Positions 42,952 to 51,629 of a stretch of 53,050 nt of DNA are shown here, piece after piece. Position numbers and translations under genes: made by a program. Within the stretch, counting starts at the first letter, position 1, and each line of letters begins with the position of its first letter. The notes under the pieces were generated by a model. The model made no database searches. It had not been told where the DNA came from and was given only the letters and a program-made list of their open reading frames with translations. Origin of the DNA: a virus (lineage: Duplodnaviria > Caudoviricetes); the IMG/VR virus record IMGVR_UViG_3300037537_000966, positions 1 through 53,050 of that record. The stretch is one strand, 5' to 3'.

Positions 42952-44861
42952 TGGGGTCTAGTAATGGTCAGATAAGAAAGCTCACTAGTGGCCTAGTAAT
43001 GCACACTAACGAGCTTTACTATAAAAGCTATGGTGGAGAGCCCACTAGAAATTTAATGCCTGTAGCGGAGTCTAACAGCGGCTTTAGCGCTAGGTTAGGG
43101 GGCAACGCTCACGCCTTCTACAGAATATATAAAGATAAAGACCCTCATCAGCAAGGCATGTTTAAATCTCTAGCTCCCGGAAGCATGACGTACAAGGATG
43201 TTGTCTATAAATATAGATGGACTGGGGCTAGTTATCTTATGGGTCTACACACTTTCAGCGCTACTGATTACGCTTCTCTTTATTTAGACATAGGTTCAGA
43301 GTACACTTTATCCTGTGAGGTGTTCGTTTCTAAGACTCATTACAGAGCAGACAAAGCATTATGGCCGGTAATGTCTATAAAGGCTACTGACCAAGCTAAG
43401 TCTTACGGTTATTACGATTTCTCTAAAAAGGGCACTTGGCAGGTAGTTACGATATTAGTAAGCCCCAGTTTAAGATCTACCACCACAGCAACCTCAGGAA
43501 CCAGCAGCTCTGGTTCGGAGAGTGGTGGTAGCTCAGGTATAAGCGGAGTAGTGCAAACAAGTCTTCACCATACAGTTTATTTCTGGCCACACGAAGGAAC
43601 CACTTCAAGTAGTCAAAAAAGCGATGGTTATATTTTGTATAAAAACCCACAATTAGAAAAAAATAAAAAAGCCTACCAAGGTAAGACTCATAGAACACAG
43701 TTTTCTCGCGGCTCTAGGGCCGCTTCTAACAGCCTTAAGGATATAAGTGGCAACAAGAACTCATTAAGTGTTATACGGTCAGAATTTGACGACAATGCCT
43801 TACCTTTGTTTTCCAAGAACAAGTATCAAAATCTAGGTCTTACGGCTACTGAGAGCGGCTTTTCGTCTACTTTTAATATTGGAAGTACGGCTAAAAAGAG
43901 TTATGAATTTTGGGTTAACTTGAGCTCAGCTGACGAGGGAATATCTACTTTGCTTTATTCAGACTTAAGCAGGGGAATGAACTTTACAAATCAGAAAAAC
44001 ATCTCCAGAAAGCAGCATATTTTTATTAGTCAAGGCAGAGTGCATTGTAATTTATATAATGAATTTGGTTTATCTAGTAGTTGTTTCACTCAGGACGAAT
44101 GTATTTACTCTTCCACTATCGCTCATATAATAGTATCTGTTAATATGAGCTTATCTAGTAACAAAATTAAAATCTATGTTAATGGTTATGGAAAGTCTGT
44201 TGAAAATGTTTTTTCTCTTCAGTCACCGAGAGACTTGTCAGCAATAACATACCCTATGGATTCTAAAGGGAAGTTAATCTCTGATACTAATATAAATTAT
44301 AAAGTTTCGTCATATAATGAGGACGGAGAGTCTGCTTCCACAGATAATAGAAAAGTCTTCATATCCGGATCTAAACTTGGAGTTTTATTGAATTGGCTAA
44401 ATGTCTCTAACGCAAAGAGTTTTTTTATATATAAGTCTGTAAATATTTTAAATAAATTTAGCAATATTTCTCTATTAGCTAATGTGCCCAATCCTTTTTT
44501 TGGAGGTGAGCCAGACGCCATGATTAGCTTTAAAGACGATGGCTCTGCGGCTCTGAGTTCAGGCTCCCCAAAGTCTAGTTCAGCATATTCGAAATATACT
44601 TTAAAGAATACAACTTTTTATGATGGCACTAATTTGAAGCTGTCTATAGGAGACTATCCTATTACTGATGATAAAATTGAGGAAACGCATTCGCAGGGTA
44701 AAATTTATAAAGTTTCTGTATACAAGAAGGCTTTGTCTTCTTCGGAAGCTTTAAGTAGCTATATACAAGGCTACAGAGATTTTAATTTAAATAGCAGCAC
44801 GGCTGATTATAACTTTTCGGTTTCTGCTGGCGCTTCTATAGGAGGCCTTGGAGGATATTAA
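42951..44861 (+). CDS. virion protein with LamG/ConA-like and inserted beta domains
   Basis: GLV, SYEFWV, HIIV, KIYVNG, IG, G-x-I-x4-VY-x-KALS-x2-E. Confidence 0.65.
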   Translation: MGSSNGQIRKLTSGLVMHTNELYYKSYGGEPTRNLMPVAESNSGFSARLGGNAHAFYRIYKDKDPHQQGMFKSLAPGSMTYKDVVYKYRWTGASYLMGLHTFSATDYASLYLDIGSEYTLSCEVFVSKTHYRADKALWPVMSIKATDQAKSYGYYDFSKKGTWQVVTILVSPSLRSTTTATSGTSSSGSESGGSSGISGVVQTSLHHTVYFWPHEGTTSSSQKSDGYILYKNPQLEKNKKAYQGKTHRTQFSRGSRAASNSLKDISGNKNSLSVIRSEFDDNALPLFSKNKYQNLGLTATESGFSSTFNIGSTAKKSYEFWVNLSSADEGISTLLYSDLSRGMNFTNQKNISRKQHIFISQGRVHCNLYNEFGLSSSCFTQDECIYSSTIAHIIVSVNMSLSSNKIKIYVNGYGKSVENVFSLQSPRDLSAITYPMDSKGKLISDTNINYKVSSYNEDGESASTDNRKVFISGSKLGVLLNWLNVSNAKSFFIYKSVNILNKFSNISLLANVPNPFFGGEPDAMISFKDDGSAALSSGSPKSSSAYSKYTLKNTTFYDGTNLKLSIGDYPITDDKIEETHSQGKIYKVSVYKKALSSSEALSSYIQGYRDFNLNSSTADYNFSVSAGASIGGLGGY

Positions 44862-44862
44862 A

Positions 44863-45684
44863 ATGGCAAGTAAGGTAAATTACGGAAGATATAGAGTAAA
44901 TACAGATGGTCTGGTTTTTAGAGTAGATGGATATAGCCAGAGAAGCAAAGAGCATAATTCTGAGTATTGGAGGGATCTAACCCCAAGCGGCTTAGATGTG
45001 AAGCTTGAAAATAGCGGGCTATACGATGAGACAAGTGGCTACTATAAGTTTAGAGCAGGTACATCTAACACCTATGCTGCACTATCCGGGTCTAACTTTA
45101 CCGGCGTAAGGTCTCTGGGAGTTTTCAAGGATAATGACTCCAGTTTTACTATAGAAACTTTTTTTCAAATCAAAACCGGAGAAACTTATGCGTCAGATGA
45201 CGGAGCTGTAATTTTTGGAAATACTGATCACAATAAGAGCGGCTATTCCTATGGCTTTGTTGCTTCAACGGGACAGGGAGGCGGCATTAGTGGCCTTAAC
45301 GCTGTCTTAGCTAGCGTTAAGAAAGACCAAGGCGCTAATCACCCTTGGACCGGAATCACAGGAGTTTTATCAAACCCGGTTTCTCCGTCTATTCTACCTA
45401 ATAACTTCTATCATGCTGCAATGACATATAACGCTTCAGACGGTGTAGCTATTAGCTATTTAGATGGAGTGGCTAAAGGGACTGGGCAACTTCCAAACAA
45501 CACAGACCTCATTAACGGATCTGGTCTATCAACAAACTACGAACAGTTGTACATAGGAGGAAACTCCAGTTCTGGCATCAACGTTGACGTAGGCATGGCT
45601 TCAGCCTACAACAGAGCTTTGTCTAGCGGGGAAGTCTTTGGCAATTGTCAGTCTGTGAAGCATAGATACGGCGGCGGATATTAG
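44863..45684 (+). CDS. LamG/concanavalin-A-like virion protein
   Basis: TDGLVF-x2-D, W-x-DL, FTIE, YHAAMTY, YLDG, IGG, YNRALS-x2-EV. Confidence 0.8.
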   Translation: MASKVNYGRYRVNTDGLVFRVDGYSQRSKEHNSEYWRDLTPSGLDVKLENSGLYDETSGYYKFRAGTSNTYAALSGSNFTGVRSLGVFKDNDSSFTIETFFQIKTGETYASDDGAVIFGNTDHNKSGYSYGFVASTGQGGGISGLNAVLASVKKDQGANHPWTGITGVLSNPVSPSILPNNFYHAAMTYNASDGVAISYLDGVAKGTGQLPNNTDLINGSGLSTNYEQLYIGGNSSSGINVDVGMASAYNRALSSGEVFGNCQSVKHRYGGGY

Positions 45685-45721
45685 TTTTGAGATTTGGCTT
45701 TTTAAGCCTTAAAACTAGTAA

Positions 45722-46792
45722 ATGAATGAAGTTCCTTTTTACGAGGCAGCCAAGCCCCTCTTTAAAGAAAAGTCAAGAGGGCAGATAACCGCAAAAGATG
45801 TAATTCTAAAGATTAATGCTTTTTCTTTTGGGGATACTCTTGCGGCGACACCCACATTAAGAAAACTAGCCCATTCTTACGCTAAAAAAATCATTGTTGC
45901 CACCAGTAAGCCGTTCTTATTTGAACATAATCCGCATGTAGAATTTACTATTAATCTTAATGATTTTAAAGACGAGTTTTATGAAAATTATGAAGTCTTA
46001 GACACTTTTAACTCGATAGGTAAAGAAGATAAAGCTGGCATAGAGTCAAAATATGGGCTCTTTGACATAAGAAGGATACATTGCACTGAGATAGGGTTTG
46101 ATCTCAGGCCAGACGAGATGCACTGCGACTACTATCCGGGACCTACTGAATTTGAAGAAAAGGATCAAGAGTTTATTAATAATAATAACTATGTCGTTAT
46201 CCATATTGGAAAAAATTGGCCCAGCAGAACTTGGCCGGAAGATAGCTATAAGAACTTAATTAAAAGTTTGAATGACGAAGGAGTTGCTGTGGCCTTAGTG
46301 GGTTTCGATCAAAATCCAGATCCCGGAAAATATGATCACGATAAATCTTGTTACGCCTTTGGGGACTTTAAATTTGATGGAGTCAGCTTCATGAATAGGA
46401 CTAGTCTCGATCAAGATTATTATGTGACTGAAAATTCAGACGCTTGCATTACTCTTGATACAGGGCAGCTCCATTTGGCAGGATGCACAGATACGTATAT
46501 TGTTCAAATAGGAGCCTCTATCAACCCTTTGTGGAGAGCTCCTTACAGAAATGGTTCTCAAGAGTATAAGTACACTTTTGTAAATGGGACATGTTATTCC
46601 TTTTGTGCTTCAGATCCTCAGTATTCTGTCATAGAGCATGGTACAATCAATAGCGTACCTCCTCTCCCGTATTGCCTAGAAGGAAGGCCTAATTACGATT
46701 GCCAGCCTAGTTGGGAAAAAGTATTAGAGGCTACATTAAAAGTTTTAGGCAGCGTGAACAATAAACCCAAGGAGTCGGTATCTGGTTGGTAA
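45722..46792 (+). CDS. GT9-like (heptosyltransferase-type) glycosyltransferase
   Basis: FGDTL-x2-TP, LF-x-HNP, YVVIH, W-x2-R-x-W, DTG-x-LHLAG, C-terminal Cys cluster. Confidence 0.8.
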   Translation: MNEVPFYEAAKPLFKEKSRGQITAKDVILKINAFSFGDTLAATPTLRKLAHSYAKKIIVATSKPFLFEHNPHVEFTINLNDFKDEFYENYEVLDTFNSIGKEDKAGIESKYGLFDIRRIHCTEIGFDLRPDEMHCDYYPGPTEFEEKDQEFINNNNYVVIHIGKNWPSRTWPEDSYKNLIKSLNDEGVAVALVGFDQNPDPGKYDHDKSCYAFGDFKFDGVSFMNRTSLDQDYYVTENSDACITLDTGQLHLAGCTDTYIVQIGASINPLWRAPYRNGSQEYKYTFVNGTCYSFCASDPQYSVIEHGTINSVPPLPYCLEGRPNYDCQPSWEKVLEATLKVLGSVNNKPKESVSGW

Positions 46793-46793
46793 A

Positions 46794-47132
46794 ATGATAG
46801 ATTGCGACCTTTTTGAAACACACAAGGGGAATAAGAGCTATCCTTTAGTAGCTGAGTTAAATATAATAAATTCTAGACCTTCGTTTGTACGGGACGACTT
46901 TAAGTTATTTTTAACCCCTTTTATTGAGGATGGCGTACTGCATTGTGATTGGGTAAATCAAGAAAACGATTTAGATTTTAATCTTCTAAGAGCCGTATTT
47001 TTTATTAATAAAGTTCCTATGGAGGAGCATACTTTCACAATACCTCACAATGAGGATAATGAATCTTGGTGGGGACATCCTTACATGGATAGACTACTTA
47101 ATAAATTAAGCATTAAATTTTATGGCTGCTGA
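46794..47132 (+). CDS. hypothetical protein; paralog of 17317-17664
   Basis: YPLVAE...WGHP...SIKFYG; overlaps the next start in a similar way. Confidence 0.75.
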   Translation: MIDCDLFETHKGNKSYPLVAELNIINSRPSFVRDDFKLFLTPFIEDGVLHCDWVNQENDLDFNLLRAVFFINKVPMEEHTFTIPHNEDNESWWGHPYMDRLLNKLSIKFYGC

Positions 47133-48168
47133 ATCTATTTTTAGTTTTTATAGCGGAAATGGGCACGATGGAAATCTATCTGTCTATACCAATGGCGCTA
47201 TCTTTACTTTGGAGATGGAGAGGGTCTTTAGTAATAGGTATTTCACAAGACTTTTAAATCCTTTTTCTCAATATTCTTATAGAACTTTTATTAGCCCTGA
47301 AGGAGGGGAGACCGAGGCTTTTTCAGAAGAACAAAGGATAAACTTTTTAGACTATATAAAAAAAATATTGAAGTTAAAAGGCGTGTTCGAACAAAGCTAC
47401 AGTGTTGGGCTTTTCGATTGGGATACACCTGAAGAGGCAGTAGGCCTGCTGACTGAATATTTTAATATTGAAGAAGTGATTCATAGAGATAGCGACTTCA
47501 CATCACACCATAAGGCTCACGCCGCCGGATCATTCTTTTCTAGCGGATTTGAAGAAGCCTTAGTCATTAGTTATGACGGAGGAGGAAACGATGGCACTTT
47601 TTGCGTTTACGACCTAAAAAAACCCAACCCTGACTTCACTCAAATAAACGAAAAGGAGACGAATCCCTATCCAACAAAATATGCTAGGATAGGAAACTTC
47701 ATAAAAGAAATAAGGAAGCTGCAGTTTGGGGACTATTTGGAAACAAAATCTCACCAACACAATGGGGTCAGTTACCCCGGAAAAATCATGGGTTTGGCTG
47801 GACATGGGTCATTCAATAAAGACTTTTATGAAAGAATTTTTGAATATTTTAATGATGGAATGGCTCAAAACATGTCTGAATCATATTTAAAAAACTTTGG
47901 GGATTTTAAATATAATCAATTTAAGGGAGCGCAAGCTTATGATTTGGCTTTTAGTGCCCAGTTAGCTTTTGAAGATACCTTTTTAAATGATTTTAAAAAT
48001 TTTCTCAAGGATCACAAAAATGTTTGCCTGACTGGAGGAGGAGCTTTGAATGTTCTTCTCAACGAAAGATTAAGCAAAAGCTACCCTCATGTTAACTTTT
48101 TCGTACAACCGTCTCCGGGGGATAGCGGCTTATCTTACGGAATGATATCTCACTACGTCTATAAATGA
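47122..48168 (+). CDS. carbamoyltransferase N-terminal (Kae1-like) domain only
   Basis: Paralog of the first part of 17657-19240; HHKAHAA, DGGGNDG, GKIMGL, GGGALN, PGDSGLS; ends before the C-terminal domain. Confidence 0.85.
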   Translation: MAAESIFSFYSGNGHDGNLSVYTNGAIFTLEMERVFSNRYFTRLLNPFSQYSYRTFISPEGGETEAFSEEQRINFLDYIKKILKLKGVFEQSYSVGLFDWDTPEEAVGLLTEYFNIEEVIHRDSDFTSHHKAHAAGSFFSSGFEEALVISYDGGGNDGTFCVYDLKKPNPDFTQINEKETNPYPTKYARIGNFIKEIRKLQFGDYLETKSHQHNGVSYPGKIMGLAGHGSFNKDFYERIFEYFNDGMAQNMSESYLKNFGDFKYNQFKGAQAYDLAFSAQLAFEDTFLNDFKNFLKDHKNVCLTGGGALNVLLNERLSKSYPHVNFFVQPSPGDSGLSYGMISHYVYK

Positions 48169-51100
48169 AGAGAAGAATACTATACGTGCCGATGCACTTG
48201 TCTACTGGTGGCTCTCCTCAGTGGCTCTATGAATTAATTAAAGTAAGTATGATTCAGAACGAGGTTTTTGTTGCTGAGTTTAATAATTACGGTAGTTTCG
48301 AGATACAGAAAAATAAAATAATAGACTTAGTAGGAAGGAAAAAGCATGAATGCATAGGCCCTACATTTTCCGACAATTGGACAGAAGAGAGAAATAAGCT
48401 TTGGGATATTATACAAAAGTTTAAGCCTCATATAATCCATTTCAATGAGATTCCCGAAAACTTTGAATACAATGGGTTTCCTGAAAAGCTTTTAGAGAAG
48501 ATCTATAACAAAAATAGATCCTATAAGATATTTGAAACTTGCCACTCTAACTCTTTTGACTTTAATAAAAAGATCCACCATCCGGACGCTTATGTTTGTG
48601 TTTCGGATTACCACCCAAATAAAATAAAAGAAGTATTTCCAGATGCAAAGGCTTACGTTTGGGATTACGATATATCCCCAAAGGAAAGACCAGACAGAGC
48701 AGAGACCCTAAAAGGGCTGGGCTTGGATCCTAATAAGTTGCATATCTTAAATGTGGGACTGTTTCATGATAACAAAAATCAAAAATTAATATATGACGTA
48801 GCCGAGAAATTATCAGAAGAGGATGTCCAGTTTCACTTCATAGGTAACGATTGCTATTTATGTAATTGCGGCATAAGGGATACAAACCTCCCTAACTGCA
48901 AAGTTTGGGGAGAAAGAAACGATGTAGAAAAGTTTTATTCTTGTATGGATTTATTCTTCTTTCCTTCCCTGAGGGAGCTCAACCCCCTAAGCGTTAAAGA
49001 GGCCTTGTCTTGGGGTATACCTATCCTAATGAACAAGTTAGAATGTTGTGGTCTATACGAAAGATATAAAGACAATGAGAACATAACTTTCATAGACGAT
49101 GTAGACCCTGAGGAGTACATAAAATCTAAGTTAAATAAACCCAATAAGAAAGAAGATTTCAGAATAGCTTTGTATACCAGCTTCTACAACAACGCTAAGT
49201 ATATACCGGGGCTATACGAACAAATACGAAATCAAACATACCAAAATTGGAAATGGTTTGTGACTGATGACTTTAGCAAAGATGATATAGTTAAGCGAGA
49301 ACTTATGGAGTTGGCCTCCAAAGATAAAAGGGTGATATATTGTGAACAAAAAACTAAAAAAGAAATGTTCTGGAATCCGCAGCATTTTGTCACCGAAGAT
49401 TGCGATTACTTAGCTCTAATCGATGCTGATGACGGCATTTATCCTAAAGCCGTTGAGTTCCTCAATCATATGTTAAGAAAGAACCCGGAGGCTTTTACTT
49501 TTTCTACTTGGTTTCATCAATATAAAACTGATGTAGAGAATACAGAGAACGTAACTAACGCAGACTTTTCTTTCCCTCAGGGAGATTGGTATACTTACTT
49601 GTCGAAAATAGAAGATGATCTACTTCAGGGCGGATTTGATTGGAAAACGATCAGAAGCTTTAGGTTTTTTGGTGCCCTAAGAGGACACAAGAACGCAAAG
49701 GAAGTGGAGATAGAAATAAATAAGCCAGAAAAGTCTGTGTACGAAGACTCTACTAGAATGTCTATATTGCAAAAATATGGAGACTACGTATTGTTTCCTA
49801 GGCCAATGTATAAAGTTTTAAATCATGATGCTTCTCATGCAACGCCGGGAAACATGGATCAGGAAGAGCATAGAGTCTCTAAGCAAAACTTATACGATTC
49901 TATTAAAAAAGGCGAAGCTTATCAAGACAACAAAATAATTGATAAGTATTATTCTTTTTTTGACGAACTATGCGCTCTTGCTTCCTCAGATATACATTAC
50001 GAAACAGAACGAAAGAACTTATGCTTAATAACTAATAAAGCAATTACTAAACGAGAGTCTAACGATATACAGGACCTGTACTTTGATCATAATTTTTGTG
50101 TTAATTCTTACAACAAAGACGTAGACTATTTCTTTTTAGATATTAATAGTTTCAAAGAAGAAGATTTAAAAGAAATTTTTCAAAGGATATATGAATTAAA
50201 CGGAAGTTTTCAAATTAATGCTTATTATTTACTAGAAAAAGAGACTAGTGAAAATATAAATAAAGCTGTAGACACCATGCGCCGCATCAGTAACGGAAAG
50301 ATGCTCTCATGGAATTCTTTCTGTAGAAATCTAGTTTTTAAAATAAAAAACAAAGAAGAGAATAAGAAGAGGGCATATATCCAGATTGACAGCTCAAGTT
50401 TGGGGGACAACTTAGCTTGGGTTCCATATGTTGAAGAGTTTAGGGCGCAGAATGATTATGAAGTTTATTGCTATAGTTATAAGCAAGATTTGTATGTTCC
50501 TAATTACCCAAAAATTAAATTTCTTAATAATATCGAGGATAAATCCAAATATAAATGGGATAAGGAATACGGTATAGGTTGGTACAAAAATACGCCTGTG
50601 TGGGTCAAACGAGAAGAAGAGCAGAGAGCCGCTTCTTATTACCTAGGACTTCAGCATAGAGAACTCAAGCCTAAAATTTTTGTAGAGAATAAAGATAGAA
50701 ACATAGAGGCTAAATATGTTTGTATATCTGTTCAGTCCACAGCGCAATGTAAGTATTGGAATAATCCTACTGGCTGGGATCAAGTAGTCGAATACCTTAA
50801 CTCAAAGGGCATCAAGGTAGTTTGCATAGATAAACATTCCTCTTACGGAGGAAGGGATAAACACAACTATGTACCAGATGGAGCAATAAATAAGACAGGA
50901 GATTTTCCGCTACAGGAAAGAGCTACCGACTTATACCATTGTGAATTTTTCATAGGTCTTGGATCAGGCTTGTCTTGGCTAGCATGGGGCTTAGAAAAGG
51001 ATGTGATTTTAATTAGCGGATTTAGTAATGAGCAAACTGAGTTTAGTACTCCTTATAGAGTCATTAATAAAAATGTTTGCAACTCGTGTTGGAATAGACA

Positions 51101-51221
51101 TGAGTTTGATGCTGGTAATTGGAATTGGTGCCCAGATCAAGAGGGAACAGACAGAGAATTTGAATGCTCAAAACAGATTACCTTTGAGATGGTGAAAGAG
51201 CAAATAGATAAATTAATATGA
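48165..51221 (+). CDS. three-domain glycosyltransferase: GT4-like, GT2-like and TibC/AAH-like O-heptosyltransferase
   Basis: STGG...NVGLF...FPS-x2-E-x2-PL-x3-EA; YN...QTY-x-NW...DDFS...DADD; SLGD-x-LAW-x-PY, QST-x-Q-x-KYWNNP-x-GW, FIGL-x-SGLSWLAW, ISGF, CNSCWN...WCP...FEC. Confidence 0.85.
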   Translation: MKRRILYVPMHLSTGGSPQWLYELIKVSMIQNEVFVAEFNNYGSFEIQKNKIIDLVGRKKHECIGPTFSDNWTEERNKLWDIIQKFKPHIIHFNEIPENFEYNGFPEKLLEKIYNKNRSYKIFETCHSNSFDFNKKIHHPDAYVCVSDYHPNKIKEVFPDAKAYVWDYDISPKERPDRAETLKGLGLDPNKLHILNVGLFHDNKNQKLIYDVAEKLSEEDVQFHFIGNDCYLCNCGIRDTNLPNCKVWGERNDVEKFYSCMDLFFFPSLRELNPLSVKEALSWGIPILMNKLECCGLYERYKDNENITFIDDVDPEEYIKSKLNKPNKKEDFRIALYTSFYNNAKYIPGLYEQIRNQTYQNWKWFVTDDFSKDDIVKRELMELASKDKRVIYCEQKTKKEMFWNPQHFVTEDCDYLALIDADDGIYPKAVEFLNHMLRKNPEAFTFSTWFHQYKTDVENTENVTNADFSFPQGDWYTYLSKIEDDLLQGGFDWKTIRSFRFFGALRGHKNAKEVEIEINKPEKSVYEDSTRMSILQKYGDYVLFPRPMYKVLNHDASHATPGNMDQEEHRVSKQNLYDSIKKGEAYQDNKIIDKYYSFFDELCALASSDIHYETERKNLCLITNKAITKRESNDIQDLYFDHNFCVNSYNKDVDYFFLDINSFKEEDLKEIFQRIYELNGSFQINAYYLLEKETSENINKAVDTMRRISNGKMLSWNSFCRNLVFKIKNKEENKKRAYIQIDSSSLGDNLAWVPYVEEFRAQNDYEVYCYSYKQDLYVPNYPKIKFLNNIEDKSKYKWDKEYGIGWYKNTPVWVKREEEQRAASYYLGLQHRELKPKIFVENKDRNIEAKYVCISVQSTAQCKYWNNPTGWDQVVEYLNSKGIKVVCIDKHSSYGGRDKHNYVPDGAINKTGDFPLQERATDLYHCEFFIGLGSGLSWLAWGLEKDVILISGFSNEQTEFSTPYRVINKNVCNSCWNRHEFDAGNWNWCPDQEGTDREFECSKQITFEMVKEQIDKLI

Positions 51222-51607
51222 AAGCAGAAGTATCAAATGGAGAGGTTTTGGATAAGCTATCTATCTTAGAGATTAAGCTGGAGAATATCGCAGATGAAGC
51301 GAAGTTGGCTAATATTCAAAAAGAACATGACGTTATTAAGGGAACTATTGGAGAGCCGACTTGGCATGAACACGTATTTAGGAAATATGGCTTTTACGAT
51401 CAATTAAGAGAGGTAAATGGGGTATTATGGGAAATAGAGGACTCTATAAGACTAAAAGAAAAAGCTCAGGAATTTGATTCAGCTTTTATACAATTAGCCC
51501 GGCAAGTTTATCAAACTAACGATAAAAGAGCAGAAATAAAAAAAGAAATAAATATTTATACTGGCTCAGAGCTTTTAGAGGAAAAATCTTATGAAGATTA
51601 CGCTTAA
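51218..51607 (+). CDS. DUF6165-like protein
   Basis: S-x-GE-x2-DK-x2-ILEIK, VN-x2-LWEIED-x-IR, F-x2-LAR-x-VY-x2-ND-x-R-x3-K, EEKSY. Confidence 0.8.
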   Translation: MKAEVSNGEVLDKLSILEIKLENIADEAKLANIQKEHDVIKGTIGEPTWHEHVFRKYGFYDQLREVNGVLWEIEDSIRLKEKAQEFDSAFIQLARQVYQTNDKRAEIKKEINIYTGSELLEEKSYEDYA

Positions 51608-51629
51608 TAATGTGTAATTTAAGTAGTAT

